Positions 1-7,593 of a stretch of 64,000 nt of DNA are shown piece by piece. The notes under the pieces were generated by a model. The model was not told where the DNA came from, did not search any database, and worked only from the letters and a program-made list of their open reading frames with translations. The stretch covers positions 5,593-69,592 of the forward strand of contig SKTZ01000029.1 of the NCBI GenBank assembly GCA_007122335.1. The letters run 5' to 3'. This DNA comes from Bacillota bacterium (lineage in GTDB: Bacteria > Bacillota > Halanaerobiia > B1SED10-174). The first letter of the stretch is position 1, and each line of letters starts with the position of its first letter. The position numbers and the translations under genes were made by a program.

Positions 1-243
1 GGAAGTGTTAATAATATTCAGTTCGGCTCCCCTGAGTATCCATAAATTTTCAACTTCCGGGGGGATCTGTAACATTGCTCCCATTAAATAATGGTGGGGA
101 CCCCCGGGAATGGAAGGACCATGTTCGGTAATTCCCAGGACCGAGAGGCCTGCTTTTTGGGCTGCGAAAACATTTTCCTGCACCGTACTGAAACCATGCC
201 CGCAGGCAACAGTATGGGTATGCAAATCAGCAATCAATTTCAA
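1..243 (-). CDS. PHP-domain phosphoesterase, YcdX-like (5' part only; the gene runs off the window start)
   Basis: Reverse-strand translation from TTG 243 reads MKLIADLHTHTVACGHGFSTVQENVFAAQKAGLSVLGITEHGPSIPGGPHHY... This carries the DLHxHT and ITxHGP metal-ligand motifs of YcdX-type PHP phosphatases. AGGTGG lies 5 nt upstream. The frame is open to position 1, so it is absent from the ORF track because it runs off the edge. Confidence 0.65.
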   Translation of the reverse strand, partial: MKLIADLHTHTVACGHGFSTVQENVFAAQKAGLSVLGITEHGPSIPGGPHHYLMGAMLQIPPEVENLWILRGAELNIINTS

Positions 244-394
244 TTTTCCCACCTACTCATTATTTATTATTAAGAAACTTCGCGGAGAAAGAATTTGCTC
301 CTGCTTGAAAAAAGCTAGGGCAGGGTCTGGGGAAGGAAAATTGATTTTTTTAGAGAAGAAGAACTTAATTAAAGTGGTAAAGGGGGTAATTTAT

Positions 395-844
395 TTGAAT
401 TTGGAAGAGAAACTTGCACCAGAATTTTCTTTGCCTGGAACGGATGGTAAGGACCACAGCCTGGAAGATTACAGGGGTAAGAAGATTGTTCTTTACTTTT
501 ACCCCAAAGATAATACCGGGGGCTGAACCAAAGAAGCCATCTCTTTTAGGGATCGGCATCAGGCTCTGGAAGAGCTTAATACCGTAGTACTGGGAGTTAG
601 CAAGGATGGAATGGCTTCTCACCACAGGTTTAGGGATAAATATGACCTACCATTTGTTTTGCTTTCTGATACCGAAAAAGAGGTCCTCCAACGGTACGGG
701 GTTTTAAATGAAAAAGGAGGGACTGTGCGCAGCACTTTTGTAATTGATGAAGAGGGTCTGGTAATTAAAGAATACAGGAAGGTTAAGGTCGAAGGGCATG
801 CCGAAGAAGTTTTAAATTTAATTCGAGATCAGAAGAAGTTTTAA
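395..844 (+). CDS. bcp: Peroxiredoxin (Bcp/PrxQ type) with selenocysteine: in-frame UGA at 524-526 at the peroxidatic Cys position
   Basis: Track ORFs 110..526 and 611..844 are in the same frame and separated only by TGA 524-526. The joined product reads ...VLYFYPKDNTGG[U]TKEAISFRD...LPFVLLSDTEKEVLQRYGV...FVIDEEGLV. This aligns to the Bcp motif YFYPKxxTPGCTxEA with the TGA exactly at the catalytic Cys. Probable start is TTG 395, with AGGGGG 8 nt upstream. Confidence 0.8.
536..557 (+). promoter_or_regulatory. Candidate SECIS-like hairpin downstream of the peroxiredoxin UGA
   Basis: GCCAUC-UCUUUUAGG-GAU(C)GGC is an imperfect 6-bp stem with one bulge, starting 10 nt after the UGA. It is weak and found by eye only. 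Confidence 0.25.
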
Positions 845-871
845 AAGGATAATTTATTTAATCAGAAAAAT

Positions 872-1225
872 ATGGGAGTTGATTTTTTGGGAAGAAAGGC
901 AATTTTTTGCACCGGGGATAAGCTGGGAAGAGGAGAGGAAGAACTGGGGAAAACACTGCTTCGCAATTTCTTTTATTCAATTGGGGAGGGAGATAACCAT
1001 CCCGATGCCGTTATTTTTATGAACAAAGGTGTTTACCTGGCCCAGGAAACATCAGAAATTGCCCTTTCACTGAAAAAGCTAGCCCAAAAGGGGGTTAAAA
1101 TCCTGGCATGCGGGACCTGCCTGGATTATTATGGGTTGAAGGATAAACCTCTAATTGGTGAGGTTTCCAATATGCATAGTATTACTGATATCCTGGGAGA
1201 ATCGGAACAGGTGGTGACAATCTGA
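872..1225 (+). CDS. DsrE-like domain protein resembling the C-terminal domain of the sulfurtransferase-like selenium metabolism protein YedF
   Basis: GDKLGRGEEELGKTLLRNFFYSI...IFMNKGVYL...KGVKILACGTCLDYYGLKD matches the conserved YedF-family C-terminal signature (GxGxEELG, CGTCLDYYGL). No TusA-like N-terminal CPxP domain is present. It lies 27 nt after the Sec-peroxiredoxin. Confidence 0.6.
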   Translation: MGVDFLGRKAIFCTGDKLGRGEEELGKTLLRNFFYSIGEGDNHPDAVIFMNKGVYLAQETSEIALSLKKLAQKGVKILACGTCLDYYGLKDKPLIGEVSNMHSITDILGESEQVVTI

Positions 1226-1470
1226 TGATCTGGATTATTGTTCTTGTAATTATCGTAATCCTTGCCCTGGTGTTTTTTTCTCCAGCTCAGAAGGAAAAAA
1301 GGAAACACGGTCAAATAAAAAAGCAGATCCAGAGAAAAATGAGAGTAAGTGAAGAGCGAGCAGATGAATACATTCGGGATATGAAGGGGAGGCTTAAGAA
1401 AAAATACCCCGGAAAAAGTGATCAGTGGTATCTTGAAAAAATTTTGTCTGACCTGGAAAGAGGAAGATAA
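1225..1470 (+). CDS. Small membrane-anchored hypothetical protein (N-terminal TM helix, basic cytoplasmic tail)
   Basis: The ATG overlaps the upstream stop (ATGA). MIWIIVLVIIVILALVFF is a TM helix. No recognisable family. Confidence 0.5.
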   Translation: MIWIIVLVIIVILALVFFSPAQKEKRKHGQIKKQIQRKMRVSEERADEYIRDMKGRLKKKYPGKSDQWYLEKILSDLERGR

Positions 1471-1493
1471 CCCACCTGCGGGTGGGTTTTTTT
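1471..1493 (+). terminator. Rho-independent terminator
   Basis: CCCACC-TGCG-GGTGGG followed by TTTTTTT, immediately after the stop at 1470. Confidence 0.85.
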
Positions 1494-1548
1494 ATGAAAT
1501 AAGAAGGGAAAATTTTCCATAAATAGAAATTAATTTAGAGGTGGTTCA

Positions 1549-4209
1549 ATGGACAAGAACCTGATTTTTACAATCCTGCAGAGCACTCCATCCCGGTATT
1601 TCCGGGCTGACTGGCAGAAAAATTTTCAACTCCTGTTTTTAAGGGTTTTAAAAGAAAAAAACCTTGTTCTGGATAAACTAAATGGGCTGTTGCTAGAGGG
1701 GAGTAAAGATTTATTGGAACTCGAGGCTGTCCTGGGAAAGCTATCGGGGAAAAACCCAAAGGAAAGAACAATTCTTTCAGGACAAGGTAGCGGGGCAGGA
1801 AATAAAAGGCATAAAGAAACTGTGATCATTGGTGCTCCCCGGCCCGAGGCAGATTTTTTTGAATTAAAGCCCGAACTCCTGGTTTTTTCACATGTTCCAA
1901 TTGCTCAGAAGAGGTTGATGCTGGAAAAAGGGTACGGGGAAATTTTCCAGGCAGGCACCAAAAATCTTCAAGTCCGTTTCTTTTTACGTAAGGATTTTTG
2001 GGGGAAGGTTTTCCTCCCCGAATTTGGGGGGATAACAACTTTCTTTCCGAAAAAAGCATTGTTAGAAGAACTTGCAAAGAGAATTTGGGGTTTCCCTGAT
2101 TTGAAGCCAGAGCAGTACCGCTTAATCAAACAGATTTTCCAAAAAAGAAAGGCTCTGGGTATTTTGCCAACCGGAGCGGGCAAATCAATCTGTTTTCAAC
2201 TTCCAGCCCTTTTATTCTCCGGCACATCTATTGTTGTGGCTCCTCTTAAGTCTTTAATCCAGGACCAGGTTACTAACTTACAAAAGGAAGGAAGGGGCTT
2301 TTGGGCCGATTTTTTAGATAGTTCGCAAAACCCGGCAGAAAAAAAGCGAGTTTTACATAGGTGGATGAATGGAGAATTAAAAATTCTTTACCTTGCCCCG
2401 GAAAGGCTTCAGCAGAAAAAATTCCAGGAATTATTAAAAAGAAGGGGGAGAAAAAGGCAGGGTTTTTTTGTCATTGACGAAATCCACTGTGTTTCTGAGT
2501 GGGGACATGACTTTCGTCCCGCTTATCTCCAGCTGGCTAATAGCCCTTTGCAAAAAAATAACCGCGGTTTGATTGGGTTAACTGCCACTGCTCCAGGTCG
2601 CGTCCGACAGGAACTGAAAAATTTTTTTTGTTTTAATAATTGTGATGTAATTGAAACAGATGAAATGGACCGGCCTGAAATCGGTTTGCAGGTTAAGTTG
2701 ATAAAAGAGGGCCAGGAAAGGTTTCAGGTTTTAAAGGATATCCTGGAAAATAATCTGCCAGAATTTTTTGGAATTGATCGGGAAAAGTTTTCCAGGAAAA
2801 ATGCGGGTGTTATCTTTGTACCTTATGCCCAGGCAGAAGGAAAAACCACCCGGCAGGCGAGTACAAAAACTCTTAAAACCCGCCTTGAAGACGAAGGTCA
2901 TGAAGTATTGTCCTACCACGGGAAACTGGGTGAAATGGAGAAAAAAGTAGTTCAGGCAAACTTTTTAAAAAATAAGGTTTCCCTCCTTGTTGCTACAAGA
3001 GCTTTTGGTATGGGAATTGATAAGCCCGATATTAATTACACCATCCACTATTATGCTCCTGGGTCTTTGGAAGCATATTTTCAGGAACTGGGGCGGGCAG
3101 GAAGGGGTGGACAGAAATCCCTCTCTGTTCTCCTGTATAAACCAAGGCAAAAAAAATGCAGGGCGGAACAGAGGAGAAAGGGGGAATTGGAACCTTCTTG
3201 TTTGGGAAAATGGAAATGTAATTATAAAGAGGGGGAGCTTTGTGATTATGGAATTCAGTCCCGTTTCATTGAAAAACAGCATCCCTTACCCGGGGGCCAA
3301 AAGGGGCTATTTGATCAACTTTTGAGAGAAATTTATAAAAAAAGGGGAAAAAAGATTGAGCTTTCTATAGATATTTCGGACCAGGTTTTTATCCAGAAAT
3401 ACCTTTTCTTTCTTCAGGAAACAAAAATAATTGGTGATTATAATATTGTCTACTTTGAAGATGAAAGGTTAAACTTTCAGGTTGAAAAAAAGTTTACATC
3501 CTCCCCCGGGGAAAATGAATCCTTGTTTGCTGAGTATATTAAACAGGACCTAATCATAAAAAAACGCAGATATGCAGCCCTGGGTATACTGGAAAAATAT
3601 GTTTTGGAAAAAGAAAACTGCCGCAGGTCAATTCTTTTGGATTACATGGGCCAGGCCATTCAACCCGGCGCGAGGTGCGGTTTTTGCGATTTGGAAACCT
3701 TGAATACCAAGCGGGCCAGGTCGATTAAGGCCAGGGAATCAGGAGAGAGATTAGAAGCTGGGTTGGGTGTTTTTCTTGAAAAGGAGGACCTTCCTGTGGA
3801 AAGGATAGTTGAGGTTATTAAAAAGATCGAAGAATATGGGCAGCAAAAAAAGATTCGACCAATTGCAGAAAAAAAATTAAATGAAGATCCGTTTAATATC
3901 CCGGCTCTATTTATAGCGGGTTTGCTTGATTTTAAAAAGGAGGGGGAAATTGAGCTTTTACTTGAATGTATATCAGGTTTACAAAAAAGAGGGGATAATT
4001 TAGCAGTAATCAGTGTACTAAGCCATTTATTCGCCCACGATGAAGCTCTGGCGATCAGGGTGGTTGAAAAAACGAAAAACCGAAACTGGCTAGCTGTCTG
4101 CGGTTTTTTTATTAGCGATAAAAAAAACCGGAAAAAGTTTTCCCTGCTGTGTTTGAATAACTGGGGGAGGGAATTATTATTTTCCCTGGAGGGAAAGAAA
4201 CTTGGATGA
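1549..4209 (+). CDS. recQ: RecQ-family ATP-dependent DNA helicase with about 200-aa N-terminal and long C-terminal extensions
   Basis: Walker A LPTGAGKSICFQLPAL, DEIH box with CVSEWGHDFRPAY, motifs LTATA, GMGIDKPD and QELGRAGRGG, and a Zn-finger-like CRRSILLDYMG...CGFCD. GAGGTGG RBS upstream. Confidence 0.85.
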   Translation: MDKNLIFTILQSTPSRYFRADWQKNFQLLFLRVLKEKNLVLDKLNGLLLEGSKDLLELEAVLGKLSGKNPKERTILSGQGSGAGNKRHKETVIIGAPRPEADFFELKPELLVFSHVPIAQKRLMLEKGYGEIFQAGTKNLQVRFFLRKDFWGKVFLPEFGGITTFFPKKALLEELAKRIWGFPDLKPEQYRLIKQIFQKRKALGILPTGAGKSICFQLPALLFSGTSIVVAPLKSLIQDQVTNLQKEGRGFWADFLDSSQNPAEKKRVLHRWMNGELKILYLAPERLQQKKFQELLKRRGRKRQGFFVIDEIHCVSEWGHDFRPAYLQLANSPLQKNNRGLIGLTATAPGRVRQELKNFFCFNNCDVIETDEMDRPEIGLQVKLIKEGQERFQVLKDILENNLPEFFGIDREKFSRKNAGVIFVPYAQAEGKTTRQASTKTLKTRLEDEGHEVLSYHGKLGEMEKKVVQANFLKNKVSLLVATRAFGMGIDKPDINYTIHYYAPGSLEAYFQELGRAGRGGQKSLSVLLYKPRQKKCRAEQRRKGELEPSCLGKWKCNYKEGELCDYGIQSRFIEKQHPLPGGQKGLFDQLLREIYKKRGKKIELSIDISDQVFIQKYLFFLQETKIIGDYNIVYFEDERLNFQVEKKFTSSPGENESLFAEYIKQDLIIKKRRYAALGILEKYVLEKENCRRSILLDYMGQAIQPGARCGFCDLETLNTKRARSIKARESGERLEAGLGVFLEKEDLPVERIVEVIKKIEEYGQQKKIRPIAEKKLNEDPFNIPALFIAGLLDFKKEGEIELLLECISGLQKRGDNLAVISVLSHLFAHDEALAIRVVEKTKNRNWLAVCGFFISDKKNRKKFSLLCLNNWGRELLFSLEGKKLG

Positions 4210-4504
4210 ATTAAAGAATTTACAGGAAGAATTTAGAGAAGTACTTGAAGAAATAAGGGAGAAAATCAAAAAATGGGATGGGAATTTCATTGAACTGGAA
4301 GAGTTGAAAATAAACCTTCAAAAGGATTTGGAGCAGGTGTCAAAGGAAAAAAAGGGAAGTAATAAAGAAACAATAGAAGGGTTTTATTTGCTAAAAAAGA
4401 GGCTGGAAAAACAGGAAAAAATTGTGCATGGATTGCAAAAAAGATGGGAGGTCATTCTTTTTTTTCAGCTTGTTCTTTTAATTGCCCTTATCTTTTTACT
4501 TTAA
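4202..4504 (+). CDS. Tail-anchored coiled-coil protein (hypothetical)
   Basis: The TTG start overlaps the recQ stop. The sequence is rich in heptad-like E/K/L repeats and ends in a hydrophobic helix ILFFQLVLLIALIFLL. No family recognised; start uncertain. Confidence 0.4.
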   Translation: MDELKNLQEEFREVLEEIREKIKKWDGNFIELEELKINLQKDLEQVSKEKKGSNKETIEGFYLLKKRLEKQEKIVHGLQKRWEVILFFQLVLLIALIFLL

Positions 4505-4529
4505 AATTTTCAGGAAGGATCGATTGTTA

Positions 4530-5717
4530 ATGTTGAGGAAAAGCCTGCTTTTGAAAATTTTTGATGGAGCTTACATGCAGAGGTGGAATGATAAGCTTCG
4601 ACCGATGGAGTTAATTGAACTCGATAAACAGGCCCATAAAATGGTCGTTGCCTATTTCCTCGGGCAATTTTCTGAAGATAATCATGATTTCGACTGGATG
4701 GAATTAATTGAAGGAGGAATTTTTGATCTTTGCCAGCGCCTTGTTATTACTGATATAAAACCACCTGTTTTTTATAAAATCCGAGAAGATCGAGAAAAAT
4801 ACCGCAGGCTAAATGAATTCGTTATCCGGGAGATGGAAACCTACCTTACTCCTCTTGGAGACGACTTTTTTGACCGGTTTAAAAATTACCTTTTTAGAAA
4901 GGAAAATAATTCTACTCATAGAGTTTTAGAGGCTGCTCACAATTATGCATCTCGCTGGGAATTTTCCTTAATTGAAAACCTCAATCCTCAGGGCTTTGAA
5001 ATAGAGGAAATTAAGAAGAATTTCCGAGAGAGGTTAGAGAAATTTGCGGATTTACCGGGGATGATTGCCCTGGAAGAAAATGCGTCTTTTCGATCTTTTA
5101 TTGACCTCTGTGGCCATCTGAGATTTCAGGCTCGCTGGTCTCATTTGCACCGGGTTCCCAAAACCTCCGTTCTCGGTCATTCTCTTTTTGTTGCAATTTT
5201 AGCCTACCTTTTGACCATGGAAATTGGAGGTTGTGTACAGCGCCGCTACAACAATTTTTTTACCGGGCTTTTTCATGACCTGCCTGAGGTCTTAACAAGG
5301 GACATTATTTCGCCGATAAAAAAATCGATTGAGGGCCTTGATGATTTGATAAAAGAAATTGAGGTTGAGCAAATGGAAAAGGATGTGTACCCATTATTAC
5401 CAGAAGAATTGGTTCCCGAGCTTAAAATGTTTACCCAGGATGAATTTTCCAACCTTGTGACAGTTGAGGGCAAGCCAAAAAAGGTAAACACGGCCCAGGA
5501 AATCAGCCAATTTTTTAATGAGGCTTCCTTTAACCCCAGGGATGGAGAATTACTTCGGGCTATTGATCGACTTGCTGCCTTTATTGAAGCCCGGGTTGCC
5601 CTGGAAAATGGAGGGGTTAGCGCCGAATTTCAGGAAGCAGCTATTTCCATTAAAAAAAGTTATTCAAACCAAAAAATCGCCGGAATTAATTTTGGCGAGA
5701 TCTTCGCGGATTTTTAA
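4530..5717 (+). CDS. HD-domain phosphohydrolase (YfbR / 5'-deoxynucleotidase-like, apparent tandem arrangement)
   Basis: The N-terminal MQRWNDKLRP...LDKQAHKM and a second RFQARWSHLHR...SVLGHSL...GLFHDLPEVLTRD give the H...HD motif of the YfbR-like HD_3 family. I chose the ATG at 4530 over 4482 to avoid overlap with the upstream TM tail. Confidence 0.65.
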   Translation: MLRKSLLLKIFDGAYMQRWNDKLRPMELIELDKQAHKMVVAYFLGQFSEDNHDFDWMELIEGGIFDLCQRLVITDIKPPVFYKIREDREKYRRLNEFVIREMETYLTPLGDDFFDRFKNYLFRKENNSTHRVLEAAHNYASRWEFSLIENLNPQGFEIEEIKKNFRERLEKFADLPGMIALEENASFRSFIDLCGHLRFQARWSHLHRVPKTSVLGHSLFVAILAYLLTMEIGGCVQRRYNNFFTGLFHDLPEVLTRDIISPIKKSIEGLDDLIKEIEVEQMEKDVYPLLPEELVPELKMFTQDEFSNLVTVEGKPKKVNTAQEISQFFNEASFNPRDGELLRAIDRLAAFIEARVALENGGVSAEFQEAAISIKKSYSNQKIAGINFGEIFADF

Positions 5718-5718
5718 A

Positions 5719-6258
5719 ATGAAAATTTTATTGGTCTATCGGGAGCAAAAACTGGGAGAAGAATTCAATAATAAGTTTTCCTGCGAGACCGGGGTTAAAA
5801 TCTTAAAAGGGGATATTTGCAGTTTGGTTTGCGATGCAATTGCGAGTCCTGGCAATTCTAAGGGAGATATGGGGGGAGGGCTTGATCTGGCTGTTCGGAA
5901 AAGATTGGGGCCGGGAATTGAAGATAAACTAAAGGCAAAAATAAACTCGAGGTTTGCGGGGAGAATTCCAGTGGGAGAAGCTGTTGTTCTACCTACGGGA
6001 GATCCCCTTATTCCCTGGTTTATTTCCGCTCCGACAATGGTTGAGCCCGGGGATATTCGGGGAACCAGAAATGCTGAAAAAGCAATGCTGGCGATTTTGG
6101 GGGAAGCTAAAAAGAATGGGGAAATAAAAAAAATAGCCATCCCCGGACTGGGAACCGGTGTTGGAGGTTTGTCGGCAAAAGGGGCTGTTAGCCAGATGTG
6201 GTCCGGTTATAAAAAATTTAAAAGTTTTGGGGGAGAAAAAAATGCGAATCAGATCTAA
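5719..6258 (+). CDS. Macro-domain (ADP-ribose binding/hydrolase) protein
   Basis: GDICSLVCDAIASPGNSKGDMGGGLDLAV and IAIPGLGTGVGGL match macro-domain motifs (DAIVNxxN, GGGhD, GxGxxG). ATG 5719 lies 1 nt after the HD gene stop. The track ORF start at 5518 is an upstream extension overlapping the HD gene. Confidence 0.7.
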   Translation: MKILLVYREQKLGEEFNNKFSCETGVKILKGDICSLVCDAIASPGNSKGDMGGGLDLAVRKRLGPGIEDKLKAKINSRFAGRIPVGEAVVLPTGDPLIPWFISAPTMVEPGDIRGTRNAEKAMLAILGEAKKNGEIKKIAIPGLGTGVGGLSAKGAVSQMWSGYKKFKSFGGEKNANQI

Positions 6259-7522
6259 AGCAGCCCGGGTTTTAATGGTCCTGTTCTTTTTTGTTATGAT
6301 TTTCTGCGTATTATCTGAAAACCAGGTCCTGGCCCAGAAGGCGGGAGTTTTGAGTTTTGAGGGAAGACTTCATTCCCGTTATCTTGATCTGGCCGGGAAT
6401 AAACTGGTTGTGATCCTGCTTGACCTGGGGCGTTTGGACCTGGTTAAACCCCGGGAAATGGATAGAATTTTGCAGGATTTTGGGATCCGGTATTACCGGG
6501 ATCTTCAGGCTGAAGAAGTAAAAATGATTGGTGAAAGAGCAGGCATCGACCTTTTATTCGCCGGTTTTATTGAAAACCTTGAGGTTTACTGGGACTCAAA
6601 TCAGAGGCGTTATAAAGCGGAAGTAGAAATAACTGTTAGAATATACAATACTATTTCCGGTGGAGTCATCAGGATTATTAACCAGAGAGGGTCGGCTTCT
6701 CACGGGAATCGTGAAGATGCCCAATTTCAGGCGCTGGAGAATTGTTTTTCCTCGAATTTTATTCGCCAACTTAGGGAAGAATTTTTACTAACCAGCACAA
6801 TAAAAGAAATTGAAAACGATGAGATTTACTTTTTTGGGGGTAGAGATTTAGGAGTTAAAATCGGTTCCCGGTATCAAATCCTGCAAAAGGTGGCAGGGAC
6901 AACCCAGTACAAACAAATTGGTCTCCTGGAAGTAATTAGTGTTGAAAATGATTTTTCCAGGGGCAAAGTTTTATATGCGAGGGAACCTCTGCAGCATGAT
7001 TACTTACTGGAAGAAATGGTTTCCAAATCCAGGTTTAAGTTAAATCTTGGTTACAGTAACATGCCTTTTAAGATGGATGGTAGTTCGGGCCGGTTAAATA
7101 TCCCGGGAATTAGAGTTGGTAACGAGGTTCCTTTCTCCCATTCCAGCAAGGTGCTATTGGAATTTGCCGGAGGAGGAGGGGCATTTATTTTTGATATTGG
7201 CGGAGTTCATGTCCGGGAATTTCCCATAACTCCCGGTAGTTTTTATGGTACGCTTGGAGGTAGTGCAGGTTTTTCCATGGGTATGGTGGAAGGCTGTGGG
7301 GAGGTTCTTGGTTCAGCAGGGATTTTTGGAGAATTACTTGCCGGAGTTAAATACTATCCCCGCCAGGAGCACGGAATGACCTTTTCCCTCGAAGGAGTTG
7401 GTCGTCTGGCTACACCCCTAACGCGCTGGCAGGATATAAATGAGGGGAATGTCTCACCTTGTGGTCCCAACTTGAGAACTTCAGGTTTGGGAATCCGAAT
7501 TTCAGTGGGTTTAGGGTTCTGA
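6242..7522 (+). CDS. Exported protein: signal peptide, CsgG/LpoB-like N-terminal region and Gly-rich beta-rich C-terminal domain ending in Phe
   Basis: MRIRSKAARVLMVLFFFVMIFCVLSENQVLAQ is a signal peptide. The C-terminus ...SGLGIRISVGLGF resembles an outer-membrane beta-barrel terminal strand. The start overlaps the macro gene by 17 nt. Confidence 0.55.
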   Translation: MRIRSKAARVLMVLFFFVMIFCVLSENQVLAQKAGVLSFEGRLHSRYLDLAGNKLVVILLDLGRLDLVKPREMDRILQDFGIRYYRDLQAEEVKMIGERAGIDLLFAGFIENLEVYWDSNQRRYKAEVEITVRIYNTISGGVIRIINQRGSASHGNREDAQFQALENCFSSNFIRQLREEFLLTSTIKEIENDEIYFFGGRDLGVKIGSRYQILQKVAGTTQYKQIGLLEVISVENDFSRGKVLYAREPLQHDYLLEEMVSKSRFKLNLGYSNMPFKMDGSSGRLNIPGIRVGNEVPFSHSSKVLLEFAGGGGAFIFDIGGVHVREFPITPGSFYGTLGGSAGFSMGMVEGCGEVLGSAGIFGELLAGVKYYPRQEHGMTFSLEGVGRLATPLTRWQDINEGNVSPCGPNLRTSGLGIRISVGLGF

Positions 7523-7593
7523 AATAGAGGGATTTTAGGAATTGAGTAGAAAAAATTAAGATAGAGAAAGTTTTACTTAAAGGAGGAAATGTT

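Noticed and set aside
110-844. Two adjacent ORFs (110..526 and 611..844) that could be read as a disrupted peroxiredoxin pseudogene, or as a 138-aa protein starting at ATG 110.
   Set aside because: Both pieces are in one frame, and the only interruption is a TGA exactly at the catalytic Cys codon. Sequence 3' of the TGA remains a well-conserved Prx. The region upstream of 395 has no Prx similarity and lacks an RBS. I interpret it as a Sec-containing gene starting at TTG 395.
5518-6241. Long 5' extensions of track ORFs: 5518 for the macro gene, 6158 for the exported protein, 10577 for the serine hydrolase, 12739, 22315, 48919, 49720, 51901 and 53952.
   Set aside because: The extensions overlap the preceding genes out of frame and lack RBSs. 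Internal starts with good Shine-Dalgarno sequences give N-termini that match family expectations (signal peptide, MSKLIDGK for FolD, and so on).
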